A stretch of 44,515 nucleotides of DNA from a virus. The notes under the pieces were generated by a model that saw nothing but the letters and a program-made list of their open reading frames with translations, ran no database searches and was not told where the DNA came from. How positions within the stretch are numbered: the first letter of the stretch is position 1; each line of letters begins with the position of its first letter. A program made the position numbers and the translations under genes. The DNA lies in the UHGV virus genome UHGV-1858859. The stretch is one strand, 5' to 3'. Below are positions 8,991 through 18,059 of this stretch, piece after piece.

Positions 8991-11900
8991 AACGCTTCAT
9001 CTCCGCACCTTCCGCGACAAGAGGGAAGCCTTCTGCCCACTCAGGCAACGCGCACATTAATTTTTCCAGCTCAGGCACCGTGTAATCCGGCGTATCTGGA
9101 GTTTCACATACCAGTTCATCGTGTACCGAAAGCACGATGGGATACCCGCCACCCTCAACATTAATCATCGCATATGCGAGTAAATCACGGCACAGCGCCT
9201 GAACAATGTTTTCGCAGGCTTTGCCGCCGTGTGTGTACAGGGTAGTCCATTGGCGGGTTAACTGGTTTTCACCTTGGTACTTGATTCGCACATTCGTGTT
9301 TACCCGTCCGTCTTCGTCTGTTTCTTTTGTCACGCTAACGCCGATTCCTGGATACGAGAGGATACGGCCCGACGGCAACTCCATACACAACCACCAACCG
9401 GGAACCTTCCTGCCGGATGAATCGAATTCTACCGTACGCCATATGCGGATAGCCCTTTCCCTGTTCCTGCGCAAGTGTGCTCCCGCCCAAAATTCACGAC
9501 CAGGATTGCGAACAGCGGCTAAAATTCCGTCTTTAAGGTCGCGCCAGAACGCTACTGTTTCCGGGTGTGACTCACGCCACATACGCTTGATTGCGTCACA
9601 GGTACGCCATACTTTCTTATCAAGAATGTACGATGGTCTGTCATCCTTTTCACCAGGATGCGGTGGTCGCTTGGCTTCCTGAATACGCGCCCATTCATAA
9701 CCACGTGCAGTAGCCGCCCATATATGATCAGGGAAAGTACCGTCCATTGTTTTTGCCATCTCGATAAGGTCAAGACCTAAGTTTTTGGCGAACGTAACGA
9801 ACGCTCCGACGCCGCCCTCGTAGCCGAGACCGAGCTCGCAGTTATGCGCCACAAGAAAGCCAGAGTCGGAAGCTATGAGAAAACGGTTGCCGTCGTCCAC
9901 ATCAATCAGGTCGTAAACCGGCTCGCAGTAGGTTAATTTCCCGTTCAAGCTCAGCAATGCGGGCAACGGCAGCATCGTACTTTCGTTGAAGCTCAGGTAT
10001 CCGCCGTCTGTTACGGCAGTTTTCCGAACGGCTGACAAACCGAATGTTTCCAGGCTCGTAGTTACCGTCTGTGTCGATTCTGTCCATTTCGAGGTTTGGG
10101 TCATCCCAGCCTTCCAGAGTTTGAACATATCTAAGAAACGACCTTTTATCGGTCCTCCACTGGTCACACACCGTGATACCCCTTGCCCCATAGTTTTTAT
10201 AACCCTTATCTCTGGGGCTTGTTGTTCGCACGATTGCCGCCGACAACCGGTTGAGCAATCGCGTTCTGTGCGCGTCATCTGGCATTGCGTCTTCGTAGCA
10301 GAAATATTGTTTACGATATCTTTTTGTCGCTTCAAGCGCGCAGCGGTTGCATTGAGTGGTTTTACCCGCTCTGACATTGTCATAATAGACCCGCCCTGGC
10401 ATCTCCCCACAATCACATTGGGCGAGTAGTTGTCTTTGGCCTTGTCGTTTAGATAGCTCACGTAGGATAACCAGGCGACCCCACCTCTCCCCAGGGCGAG
10501 GCCCATCATATATTTGTTTGAAACGAGTTGCTTTGCCGCCTTCCAGGAATGCGTCAAGATTTTGTGGTCTTCGGTCATTAGAACCCCGTCCACATTTATC
10601 ACTGGTTTCCACCCCATAAGGTGCGCGCCTTTTGTATTCACCCATTTTTCGCCACTCCATACTTTATCTGTTGGTGTAACCGCCATAATATCCTTAAATC
10701 CGCCATCGGTCAAAACTTGGGTATGACGGTGAAGGCAAGCCTTACCTATCTGGCGTAAGTCTTTACGTTCTTTCTTAATATCGTCGGGGTCCATGCCAAA
10801 CATCTTGCCCGCGGTTACACAGTAAATATCCAGTCCGGCGCGGAACGTATCGAGCGCGGTTTCTTCACCTGCCAGCCAAGCAAGCCCGCGGCCTTCAACG
10901 TTAGAGTAATCGGCGACGACAAACTTACGCCCGGCTTCCGGTATTATGCAGCTACGCACAGTAGATGCCGTTAGTTTGGCTACATCAAAACGGCGATGGG
11001 CGCGGCCCTTAAGTAACGCCGAAATGCCTTTATCCAGCTCATAATCGTGATAGTAACCGCGTGCCAGGTTCTGCGGCTGGAAGCCTTTACCTGCCCATCG
11101 CAGAGTACGTTTTGCCCCACCGTACTGCAAGCAACCGCGACGGCGGTCGTCCGAAGAGCGGCCCAGCAGCAGCGGGTTATATTTCGTTGACGCGGTGGAC
11201 GCGGCCCCGAGGCGCATTTCGATAATTGTGCGTGCGTCGTCCGGTAAATCATCGTCCGCAAGCAAGTCATTCAGTGTCGACTTCTGCGCGTTGTGAATAC
11301 GGTGTGCAGGCGCAAGTTCACGCAGAATCGGAAGAAAGTCCTTACCAGTAAGCGAGCCGCCGTATTTGCGTTGGGCTTCCTCCTGTAACTGCGCTTTGTG
11401 TTTCTCCACGGCTTCAATAGCGGCTTCCGCCAGTGCAACGTCAACCTTAAACCCGCGGTCGTTGATTAACTGGTCCAGCTCCAGTACACGGTCTTCGAAC
11501 TCAGAGTTACCCCAACGCGGCAGCTTATGGAAGACTTCACGCATCGCAGTGATGTCGCTCACGGCGTACTTGATGAACAGCGCCCACTCGTCCGGGTGTG
11601 TTTCTGCGGTGTAGCGGCGGATTTTGTAATTCTTCGGTGTCGGTTTAGAGAAACGCTGAATCAGCGCCTTGCCGCGTTTATCTTTTGCGTTGTCTGCTGA
11701 CACGCCCAGCACTTCGCACAACGCATCGAGGGAACCCGGCAGCGCGTGACGAAACGCCCAAATCATCGTATCAATGGTGTTGCCTACAGGAATATCAAAG
11801 TCCCAGCAGTGTTTCATGATGAGCCTATCGAACATTGAGCCGTTGTGCCATACCATCTTAATACGACTGTTCGGCTTAACCAGGCGGCGCAGTGCGCGGT

Positions 11901-12078
11901 GCAAATCACCCGGCATGTCGCTGCCGTCGGTGCAATCCCATACCCGCACAGGCTCGTCGTCAAAAGCATATGTGCAGATAAGCACTTCGGTAGTCGGGTG
12001 TTCGGCGTAAGCGTAGGAGCCGACTTTCTTCAAATCGGCTTCGGAGAATGTTTCAAAGTCCAGGTATAAGTAGCTCAT
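8980..12078 (-). CDS. family A DNA polymerase (3'-5' exonuclease + polymerase) interrupted by an in-frame intein
   Basis: Exo I motif LDFETFS near the N-terminus, motif A DYSNVEGRGLAWLAGE, motif B split as RQIGKA / CELGLGYEGG around the intein, motif C LSVHDELV. Start set at ATG 12078 (MSYLYLDFETF) with an AAGGA RBS rather than the track start at 12132. Confidence 0.85.
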   Translation of the reverse strand: MSYLYLDFETFSEADLKKVGSYAYAEHPTTEVLICTYAFDDEPVRVWDCTDGSDMPGDLHRALRRLVKPNSRIKMVWHNGSMFDRLIMKHCWDFDIPVGNTIDTMIWAFRHALPGSLDALCEVLGVSADNAKDKRGKALIQRFSKPTPKNYKIRRYTAETHPDEWALFIKYAVSDITAMREVFHKLPRWGNSEFEDRVLELDQLINDRGFKVDVALAEAAIEAVEKHKAQLQEEAQRKYGGSLTGKDFLPILRELAPAHRIHNAQKSTLNDLLADDDLPDDARTIIEMRLGAASTASTKYNPLLLGRSSDDRRRGCLQYGGAKRTLRWAGKGFQPQNLARGYYHDYELDKGISALLKGRAHRRFDVAKLTASTVRSCIIPEAGRKFVVADYSNVEGRGLAWLAGEETALDTFRAGLDIYCVTAGKMFGMDPDDIKKERKDLRQIGKACLHRHTQVLTDGGFKDIMAVTPTDKVWSGEKWVNTKGAHLMGWKPVINVDGVLMTEDHKILTHSWKAAKQLVSNKYMMGLALGRGGVAWLSYVSYLNDKAKDNYSPNVIVGRCQGGSIMTMSERVKPLNATAARLKRQKDIVNNISATKTQCQMTRTERDCSTGCRRQSCEQQAPEIRVIKTMGQGVSRCVTSGGPIKGRFLDMFKLWKAGMTQTSKWTESTQTVTTSLETFGLSAVRKTAVTDGGYLSFNESTMLPLPALLSLNGKLTYCEPVYDLIDVDDGNRFLIASDSGFLVAHNCELGLGYEGGVGAFVTFAKNLGLDLIEMAKTMDGTFPDHIWAATARGYEWARIQEAKRPPHPGEKDDRPSYILDKKVWRTCDAIKRMWRESHPETVAFWRDLKDGILAAVRNPGREFWAGAHLRRNRERAIRIWRTVEFDSSGRKVPGWWLCMELPSGRILSYPGIGVSVTKETDEDGRVNTNVRIKYQGENQLTRQWTTLYTHGGKACENIVQALCRDLLAYAMINVEGGGYPIVLSVHDELVCETPDTPDYTVPELEKLMCALPEWAEGFPLVAEGAEMKRYAK
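9841..10737 (-). mobile_element. intein (299 codons) inserted in DNA polymerase motif B
   Basis: Block A CLHRHTQVLTDGG right after motif B Lys-Ala; block B GVLMTEDHKILT; blocks F/G VYDLIDVDDGNRFLIASDSGFLVAHN followed by Cys +1. Removing it restores RQIGKACELGLGYEGG. Confidence 0.7.
9902..10660 (-). CDS. HNH endonuclease encoded inside the intein in a different reading frame
   Basis: 252-codon ORF in another frame of the same strand; contains KGYKNYGARGITVCDQW ... EMDRIDTDGNYEPGNIRFVSRSEN, resembling free-standing phage HNH endonucleases. True start uncertain. Confidence 0.6.
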   Translation of the reverse strand: MEWRKMGEYKRRAPYGVETSDKCGRGSNDRRPQNLDAFLEGGKATRFKQIYDGPRPGERWGRLVILRELSKRQGQRQLLAQCDCGEMPGRVYYDNVRAGKTTQCNRCALEATKRYRKQYFCYEDAMPDDAHRTRLLNRLSAAIVRTTSPRDKGYKNYGARGITVCDQWRTDKRSFLRYVQTLEGWDDPNLEMDRIDTDGNYEPGNIRFVSRSENCRNRRRIPELQRKYDAAVARIAELEREINLLRAGLRPD

Positions 12079-12230
12079 TTCTTTTTCCTTAAATCCAGTG
12101 CCTTCGTTTCGCTGAGTCTTATTTTCATACAATCACGACAAATCCACACATGCCTGTACCCGGCGCGGTACTCATCCGCGTACCACGGAAGCGGTTTCAT
12201 ATATCGGTATACGTGCTTACAGAAAAACAT
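12075..12230 (-). CDS. small Cys-containing protein (51 aa)
   Basis: MFFCKHVYRYMKPLPWYADEYRAGYRHVWICRDCMKI...; stop overlaps the polymerase ATG (ATGA); below track cutoff. Confidence 0.3.
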   Translation of the reverse strand: MFFCKHVYRYMKPLPWYADEYRAGYRHVWICRDCMKIRLSETKALDLRKKK

Positions 12231-12250
12231 GATTTTCGACCCTTAGTAAA

Positions 12251-12270
12251 AAGGCCCAATGAAGGGCCTT
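12251..12270 (-). terminator. stem-loop downstream of the SSB-like gene, weak T-run
   Basis: aaggccc-aatgaa-gggcctt hairpin about 20 nt after the stop at 12290; only ttt follows on the minus strand, so probably partial termination. Confidence 0.4.
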
Positions 12271-12289
12271 AGTTAAATTGATTCAGATA

Positions 12290-12916
12290 TTAACGGCGGC
12301 GACGTTCGCGGCGCGGTGCTTCATCTTCTTCGTCGTCTTCCAGGTCATTGACGCTTGCGGCGACTTTAGAACCACCAAACGCTTTACCTTCGCCAACATA
12401 TTTAATTGCCAGCAGGTTAACGCCTAGAACTTTATATTTCTGGCTGAACCAGATTTCAACGCTTACATTAGCTACGCAGCCACTGTAAACCTGTTCACCT
12501 TCAATCTGTTCGCCGTCTACGTTGAAGTCCTGCTCTACCTGAGTCTCACCTTTTTTAGATGTTACAATCAGTGGCTGTTTCTGTGCCTTAGCTTTGAAGT
12601 AGAAGCCTTCCGGGAAGTCTTCAAACGGATTGTCGCGTTCAGCAATATCTTTAATTGCACATTTATCCATGTGCTTACCTTCGCCGTAGTTGGACTTCAT
12701 CCACTTCTCGGCAGCGGCTGCGCCTAACGCTTCTTCAACTACAGCGTAGACAGTGTCGTAGAGCGCGTCGATTTGCGCGTGGTCAGACGGCAGGATTATA
12801 GTCGCGCTGTACTGGCCTTTAGTGGTGGAGCCATCATCGTTTTCACGGTCTTTTTCGCGTTCGAATACGTTAACCCAGGCAGTGTTTACTTTACGCAGAT
12901 TCAGCTTAATACCCAT
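12290..12916 (-). CDS. ssDNA-binding-like protein with acidic C-terminal tail
   Basis: 208 aa ending in DLEDDEEDE...RRERRRR; sits between a Cas4-like nuclease and the polymerase, as in a conserved phage replication cassette; own promoter upstream. Confidence 0.5.
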   Translation of the reverse strand: MGIKLNLRKVNTAWVNVFEREKDRENDDGSTTKGQYSATIILPSDHAQIDALYDTVYAVVEEALGAAAAEKWMKSNYGEGKHMDKCAIKDIAERDNPFEDFPEGFYFKAKAQKQPLIVTSKKGETQVEQDFNVDGEQIEGEQVYSGCVANVSVEIWFSQKYKVLGVNLLAIKYVGEGKAFGGSKVAASVNDLEDDEEDEAPRRERRRR

Positions 12917-12971
12917 ATCTCGATTCCTCAGTTTTTAGTTTACTCCGGGAAGCTGCCCGGCCAGTGATTAG

Positions 12972-13000
12972 AACTATAATAGCCAACTATTCAGGTGTCA
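12972..13000 (-). promoter_or_regulatory. sigma70-like promoter TTGACA-N17-TATAGT with embedded palindrome
   Basis: Minus-strand reading ttgaca cctgaatagttggctat tatagt; contains ATAATAG-ccaa-CTATTCA (plus strand 12975-12992). Confidence 0.6.
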
Positions 13001-13005
13001 ACACT

Positions 13006-14247
13006 TTATTCCAAATCTTCTTCACTAACCTGATTCCACTCAGGCCGTTTGTCGTCTGCCGTTGTGATGCATGGGGCACCTGGTTTACGTGTGATGAAGT
13101 CTTTCAGTTCTTCTTCCGGCACAACTTTAACCGCTTCGGTCGGCGTCATGAGCACTTCTTTAGTCAGCTTGTCGCCGTAGAGTTCTGTTACTTTCTCCGC
13201 GTCTTTCCACGCACGATTGCCCATCTTACCTTCAACCAGCTTGTACCCAGGAACTTTCTTACCGGAATGCAACGCGGCAGCCATAGCTTTCTCAACCTTG
13301 TCGATGTGCTGGCGCAACAACGGCAACTTCTCGTACTCAGCTACGAGTTCCTCCGGCGTAAGTTCCAGCGCAAAGTCGTCCTCCAGTTCTTCCGCCAGCA
13401 CCGCGTTGACGGTTTTTGTACGCGCGGCGCACTGCTCTGAGAAACGGCACCATTGGCAACCGTCGACAGACGGCCTGAAGTCCGACGCTTTCAGGTTCTT
13501 TTTACCACGGAAATACGCATCAAGAGCTAACAGCGCCCGTTTCTGCGCAAACTTAGCGAACAGTTCCAGACCTTCAACCGAGATGTCCCACTCCGACGCG
13601 CCGCCAGCGTATGGCTGAAAGATGACCAGACGAACGGTTGTTATGTTATAACGTCTCTTGAGTCGGCGATAAACACCTAGAGCGTAGAGCATAAGCTGCT
13701 TGTTTTCTTTCGCTTCGACACGATGCCGTCCTGTTTTCAGGTCGCCGATGATAAGCATGTGCCCGTCAGTGTTAGCCAGTTCCTGAACGGCAACAAGGTC
13801 AGCGGTTCCGAACGTCTCAACGCCTTCATACCCAGGATGCAATACCTCAGTAAGATTGACGCGCATTTCCAGCTTGGCGTAAGTTGCTACATCGATAATC
13901 GGTTTGCAGTAGTCGGTGTACTTTCGCACCTGCTCAATCATGTCCGCCGTAATCAGTACCGCGCCTTTCATCGGGCTGATTAGCGCCTTAATCTGGCCTT
14001 TACCCTCATCCAGCACGTAAGCGCCAACTTCACGCTCTAACGGCAACGCAGTGCAGCGGATATAGGCGTTGAGATGGACTTCAGCTATGGTGTGGCACGC
14101 TGTCCCCGTAACGGCGGATTTACCCGACGTGTTAGGAATATCTTTTTCACAGGCCAGTGATGCAGCGCATGACAGCCATTTTTTAGCACCTGACGGCGAA
14201 AGTAAGGCGTGAACATCGTTATTGCCGCCGCGTTCTTTTAGAATCAT
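13006..14247 (-). CDS. PD-(D/E)XK nuclease, Cas4-like with Cys cluster
   Basis: IIGDLKTG motif, N-terminal LSCAASLAC and C-terminal CQWCRFSEQC cysteines consistent with a Cas4/RecB-like Fe-S nuclease. Confidence 0.65.
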   Translation of the reverse strand: MILKERGGNNDVHALLSPSGAKKWLSCAASLACEKDIPNTSGKSAVTGTACHTIAEVHLNAYIRCTALPLEREVGAYVLDEGKGQIKALISPMKGAVLITADMIEQVRKYTDYCKPIIDVATYAKLEMRVNLTEVLHPGYEGVETFGTADLVAVQELANTDGHMLIIGDLKTGRHRVEAKENKQLMLYALGVYRRLKRRYNITTVRLVIFQPYAGGASEWDISVEGLELFAKFAQKRALLALDAYFRGKKNLKASDFRPSVDGCQWCRFSEQCAARTKTVNAVLAEELEDDFALELTPEELVAEYEKLPLLRQHIDKVEKAMAAALHSGKKVPGYKLVEGKMGNRAWKDAEKVTELYGDKLTKEVLMTPTEAVKVVPEEELKDFITRKPGAPCITTADDKRPEWNQVSEEDLE

Positions 14248-14606
14248 CGTAAACTCTCCAAATACAAGTTTAATGCCTGTAGCTGTTCTTCTGAGGGGGT
14301 GAAAGAATCATCGCGATGTAAGTCGCTTAACTGTTGCAACATTCCTGCGAACTGACGTCTTGCGTCAACAGCGGCCATGTGATGCTTTTCACTTTTGTAT
14401 ATTAATGTTTTCGGGTAATCCTCAAGCCTACCAGAAGATTTATTCACGCGGAGCGCCCGGGCTTCATGCGCAATGTGGATGTACTTTTTGCCGTTTTGTA
14501 ACACAGTAGCTACGCCGCTGTTCTTTCTGCGGTCACCGACGGTGTAAACCTTGTCACCGCTGCGCAAATTAAGCCACCATTTATCCGTCATACCCTGCTC
14601 TCCCAC
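14244..14606 (-). CDS. hypothetical protein
   Basis: 120-aa ORF in the leftward early operon, overlapping neighbours by a few nt. Confidence 0.5.
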   Translation of the reverse strand: MGEQGMTDKWWLNLRSGDKVYTVGDRRKNSGVATVLQNGKKYIHIAHEARALRVNKSSGRLEDYPKTLIYKSEKHHMAAVDARRQFAGMLQQLSDLHRDDSFTPSEEQLQALNLYLESLR

Positions 14607-14860
14607 TGGTCAATTAAATGTCTGGTCTGGTGCTGGCAATGCATGGCCCATCCATACATCGACTCGAAGACATAAAAGTCAGGCTTGGCAAAAGTCGTGC
14701 GCTTAATCTGCGACACATGACGGCCTATATCTTTAGCCCGCGGTACTTTGCCTAAGTACGCCATCTCTTCCATCTGGTGCGCACCTGACGGCGCACGCAA
14801 CAGCCACAACGCCTCTGTGTTATCCCGCCTGTCAACGGCGCGGTAGAGTTGGTAAATCAT
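14588..14860 (-). CDS. hypothetical protein
   Basis: 90-aa ORF in the leftward early operon. Confidence 0.45.
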   Translation of the reverse strand: MIYQLYRAVDRRDNTEALWLLRAPSGAHQMEEMAYLGKVPRAKDIGRHVSQIKRTTFAKPDFYVFESMYGWAMHCQHQTRHLIDQWESRV

Positions 14861-14903
14861 AATTACGACCCTCAGTTAAAGCGGCCCGAAGGCCGCGAGA
14901 TAA

Positions 14904-15404
14904 TTATTCTTCTTCGAAATACTTGTTCTTGATTGCTGTCAGGCGTTCCAGGTACTCGGCCAGGTCTTCGTCTTTAATCGCGGCAATCTTCATCTTCTTA
15001 CCGGTGAACTCTTCCAGCAGTTCATCAGAATCGTCGCACGCGGCATCGCTCGGACCTTCGTTAATTGCATCGTCGATAGCCTGAATCTGGTCACGAAGAG
15101 ACTGGTAATCGACCTCTTCTTTCTCTTCTTCTGGTTCTGGCGTCGACTCCTCTACTTTAGCTTTACGCGGCTTACGTTTTGGCTTCTCTTCTTCTGCCGG
15201 TTTAGTGTCGACGATGTCTTCACCTTCAACCGGGATTTCTTTTGTTTCTTCTTTAATACTTTCAGAGAACTGCTCAATTTTATGAGCGGCTACTGCGGCA
15301 GCCTCTTTGGCAGTAGTTGGCGCGAACTGTTTCGCACTATTCGCAGCAATCAGTTCATGTGCAACTACGAAACGTTCCAGTAATACTAAGAATTTCTCTA
15401 ACAT
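14904..15404 (-). CDS. acidic early protein
   Basis: 166 aa, Glu/Asp/Lys-rich; first gene downstream of the leftward promoter; RBS GAGGAGAG 6 nt before the ATG. Confidence 0.55.
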   Translation of the reverse strand: MLEKFLVLLERFVVAHELIAANSAKQFAPTTAKEAAAVAAHKIEQFSESIKEETKEIPVEGEDIVDTKPAEEEKPKRKPRKAKVEESTPEPEEEKEEVDYQSLRDQIQAIDDAINEGPSDAACDDSDELLEEFTGKKMKIAAIKDEDLAEYLERLTAIKNKYFEEE

Positions 15405-15435
15405 TTGTTTCTCTCCTCTCGTTTGGTATGGGCTA

Positions 15436-15464
15436 ACTATAATAGTGAACTATTCACATGTCAA
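15436..15464 (-). promoter_or_regulatory. sigma70-like promoter TTGACA-N17-TATAGT with embedded palindrome
   Basis: Minus-strand reading ttgaca tgtgaatagttcactat tatagt; contains ATAATAG-tgaa-CTATTCA (plus strand 15439-15456). Confidence 0.6.
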
Positions 15465-15468
15465 TGGG

Positions 15469-15497
15469 CTTTTCTAAAATAATTAATATGGTACTAT
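15469..15497 (+). promoter_or_regulatory. candidate rightward extended -10 promoter with degenerate motif copy
   Basis: tggTACTAT (TG-n-TACTAT) at 15489-15497 with a poor -35 (cttttc); CTATTCA half-site at 15494-15500; about 30 nt upstream of the HTH gene. Confidence 0.35.
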
Positions 15498-15528
15498 TCA
15501 CATATCAACTAACTAAGGAGTAATTGTC

Positions 15529-15744
15529 ATGCAACCATCTGAACTAGGCATCCGTGTAGAAAAACGCCGTAAAGAACTCGGCATCTCCCAGCGCCGTCTG
15601 GCGGTGCTGACCGGGGTTTCCCAGGGCGCAATTAACCAGCTGGCACTTGGGGTAACCCAGGACGTCCGCCCGGCAACGCTGTTTAAACTGGCGGAAGTGC
15701 TGGAGGTAGACGCCAAGTGGCTGGCGCTAGGTGAAGGGGCTTAA
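15529..15744 (+). CDS. XRE/Cro-type helix-turn-helix transcriptional regulator
   Basis: 71 aa; HTH signature ISQRRLAVLTGVSQGAINQLALG; AAGGAG RBS; divergent from the leftward operon. Confidence 0.8.
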   Translation: MQPSELGIRVEKRRKELGISQRRLAVLTGVSQGAINQLALGVTQDVRPATLFKLAEVLEVDAKWLALGEGA

Positions 15745-15760
15745 TGCCCCTTTCTTTTTA
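15734..15760 (+). terminator. rho-independent terminator
   Basis: aaggggc-ttaat-gcccctt hairpin spanning the stop codon, followed by tttcttttt. Confidence 0.6.
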
Positions 15761-15761
15761 C

Positions 15762-18002
15762 CTACTCCAAATCCTCCTCTGTCACCACCAGCATTTCATT
15801 CGGTTCGTATATTGTCTTCGGTCTTAATCTGTCGCCCATCTTTTCCGGTATCCTGTATGTGCCCGGTATAACTTCACCGTTAACATCGCACCCTAGCATC
15901 AACTCACCATCTTTCAGCATCTTCTCGAGATGGTGGTTGGTGATGGCGTGGTCGCCTGAGTTCACCACTATCTGCCGTTGGGTAAAACCGCGTCCGGTGT
16001 CGTCAGCCTGCTGCAGGTCTTCCAGCGCGGCGAGTATTGATTCCTTACGCCCTTCATCCTTCCCGCGTTTTACAGCATTCTTTACGTTTTCTTTACCTTC
16101 TTTCGTCAGCCCTTCTTCCCGCTCTTTCTCCTCGTCAGTTTTGAACGGCTCGAAGCCCCACGGCATCAACACAAGTGCCTTATGTGGTTCTGGCAGGTCG
16201 AGGTTTACGATTGTGCCGTATTCCTCTGTGCTACCCAGGAACTCAACCGCACGGTACTCTTTCGGCGGCGGGGCTTCACGGAACTGTACCGACTCCAGCA
16301 CCATACCAACCGTCTTCTGTTGAGGCCCGTGCTTAAATTTAGAGTGGTATACATTTATCTGACGGTCGGTTGCGCGTTCAATTGTCAGTTCCACATCGAC
16401 GCCTGCGTACAGCGCGCCACTACCACGGGCTTTCTTTCCACCCTTCGGGGTATGGTGGACGACGCCTACCGCGGCTTTAGTTGTGTCGCGTACTTCTTTC
16501 ATGATTGCGATAACTTTACCCATACCGATTGCCGTTGATGAACTGTTCTCGTCGAACTTATCGATCGTCAGGGCCAGCGTCTGGTTGAGGGTGTCAAACG
16601 CAACCATGCCAATAGGTTCATCCCCCGCAGTTTCGCGCATTAACTTAATCAGGCTTTTCAGTTTTCCGACTTCGCCCATGTCGATGACATGTACATAATC
16701 TTTACCTTCCTCGCCGTATTTAGCCGCGAGTGCGTCAATACGTGTGCGTGTAGCCGCGCCACCCTCACCGTCGATATAGAAGTGATGGCAACGCTGGGTG
16801 TCCGCCCCGGCGAACCGGTATCCGGCGGCGCTAAGATACATCATCCCCAGCGTATAGAACGATTTGTATGTGCCCGACTCCCCGACGATATCCCAGATGC
16901 AGTCTGACGGCATATAACCTTCAACGACGAAATCAGCCTTTACCGGTTCCGGTAGCTCGTCCTCCTCTGAGCCATCATCGTCTTCCAGGTCGTCCAGGCT
17001 GCATGAAACAGATTCACGCGCACCCCATCCGATAGCCTCGGCAACTTCACTGAACGGCAGCCCGGTCGCATCACACGCATACTTCCACACCTCTTTCGGC
17101 GACATGCCTTCGGTTGCCGTAATGTCAGTGTCGTGGATCATGGTTACGTTCGGCGCTTCGTAGCCCTCGCGCGGGAAGCACAGCAGGAAGTCGTCCGGGC
17201 GCGGCGTAGGGTCGCTGTAATTTTCTGCATGTTCCGGCGTAGCTGGCATCTTAAGGCCGCGGGGCGTCATAACACCGCCGTACTCAAACGCCAGTGCCTC
17301 AAACGCATCAGTAAACGCGGTACGCAGTTCTTCTGGTATCTGGTAGTCAGATGCGCTGCTCACCTCGTAATCCGGGATGCCTTCCAGTAACTCTTCCGGG
17401 TCAATCAGGTCGTTTCGGCGCGACCAGATAACGGTAGAGCCAACCGGCGGCAGGTACATAGGCTGCGACAGAGTGAAACCGCTGCGGTCCGCGCCCATGC
17501 CTTTGAAGAAGTGTTCCAGCAATCCATGGCGAACACGGATGATGTCTCCGCCTTCAACCGGGCGGCCCAGCGGCATGACGACGCGAAAGCGTGGTGACTC
17601 ATCGGTATGGGATGCCGTGGTGTAGAGGCACATAGCCTGGCGGCTGCGCTTAACCAGGAGCACAGCTTCCTGATACTCTTCCGGTGTTGCGCTGTCGAAG
17701 TCAAGATACGCCAGCGACGATTTGCTTACAGACGCATCGCAGCGATAGAAGAAGCCTTTGCGTGCTTGCTTAAAGTCTCCAGTTTCCGGGTCTTTTACAG
17801 TGCTGTGCGTCGAGTCGCACGCGGCAGTGATATAACCAGGCGCGGTCTTCGGGTTAACCCCGTCACGAACAGCATCGAGCGGCCGGAGTAGCTCTTTCAG
17901 GTCGTCCAGTGTTGCCGCATGTGTTGTTCTGACGTTTATATCCTTTTTCTCAGCCCGCGCGTTGCGGCGGGACCACGAGTAGGATAAAATTACATCGGAC
18001 AT
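15762..18002 (-). CDS. DNA primase/helicase (primase-polymerase-like N-terminus, P-loop NTPase C-terminus)
   Basis: 746 aa; DFD and SHTD motifs in the N-terminal half; P-loop-like VGESGTYKS and Walker B-like MVAFDTL in the C-terminal half. Confidence 0.6.
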   Translation of the reverse strand: MSDVILSYSWSRRNARAEKKDINVRTTHAATLDDLKELLRPLDAVRDGVNPKTAPGYITAACDSTHSTVKDPETGDFKQARKGFFYRCDASVSKSSLAYLDFDSATPEEYQEAVLLVKRSRQAMCLYTTASHTDESPRFRVVMPLGRPVEGGDIIRVRHGLLEHFFKGMGADRSGFTLSQPMYLPPVGSTVIWSRRNDLIDPEELLEGIPDYEVSSASDYQIPEELRTAFTDAFEALAFEYGGVMTPRGLKMPATPEHAENYSDPTPRPDDFLLCFPREGYEAPNVTMIHDTDITATEGMSPKEVWKYACDATGLPFSEVAEAIGWGARESVSCSLDDLEDDDGSEEDELPEPVKADFVVEGYMPSDCIWDIVGESGTYKSFYTLGMMYLSAAGYRFAGADTQRCHHFYIDGEGGAATRTRIDALAAKYGEEGKDYVHVIDMGEVGKLKSLIKLMRETAGDEPIGMVAFDTLNQTLALTIDKFDENSSSTAIGMGKVIAIMKEVRDTTKAAVGVVHHTPKGGKKARGSGALYAGVDVELTIERATDRQINVYHSKFKHGPQQKTVGMVLESVQFREAPPPKEYRAVEFLGSTEEYGTIVNLDLPEPHKALVLMPWGFEPFKTDEEKEREEGLTKEGKENVKNAVKRGKDEGRKESILAALEDLQQADDTGRGFTQRQIVVNSGDHAITNHHLEKMLKDGELMLGCDVNGEVIPGTYRIPEKMGDRLRPKTIYEPNEMLVVTEEDLE

Positions 18003-18059
18003 GTTGTATTTCCTTCAGCAAGTAATTTGGCCTCGGCGCTCTAACGTCGGGGCTTTCTT

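Noticed and set aside
12964-13440. 158-codon plus-strand ORF overlapping the Cas4-like nuclease gene and the leftward promoter
   Set aside because: Antisense to a motif-supported gene and spans a promoter; Phe/Arg-rich translation without motifs.
15529-15744. XRE-type HTH gene as evidence for lysogeny (CI/Cro-like switch)
   Set aside because: No integrase, excision or partition functions are visible in the window; the HTH is better read as a regulator of the shared promoter motif in a virulent phage.
15859-16907. Several plus-strand ORFs (15859-16323, 16182-16538, 16483-16698, 16689-16907) opposite the primase/helicase gene
   Set aside because: All overlap the 746-codon primase/helicase gene on the other strand and show no motifs; considered spurious.
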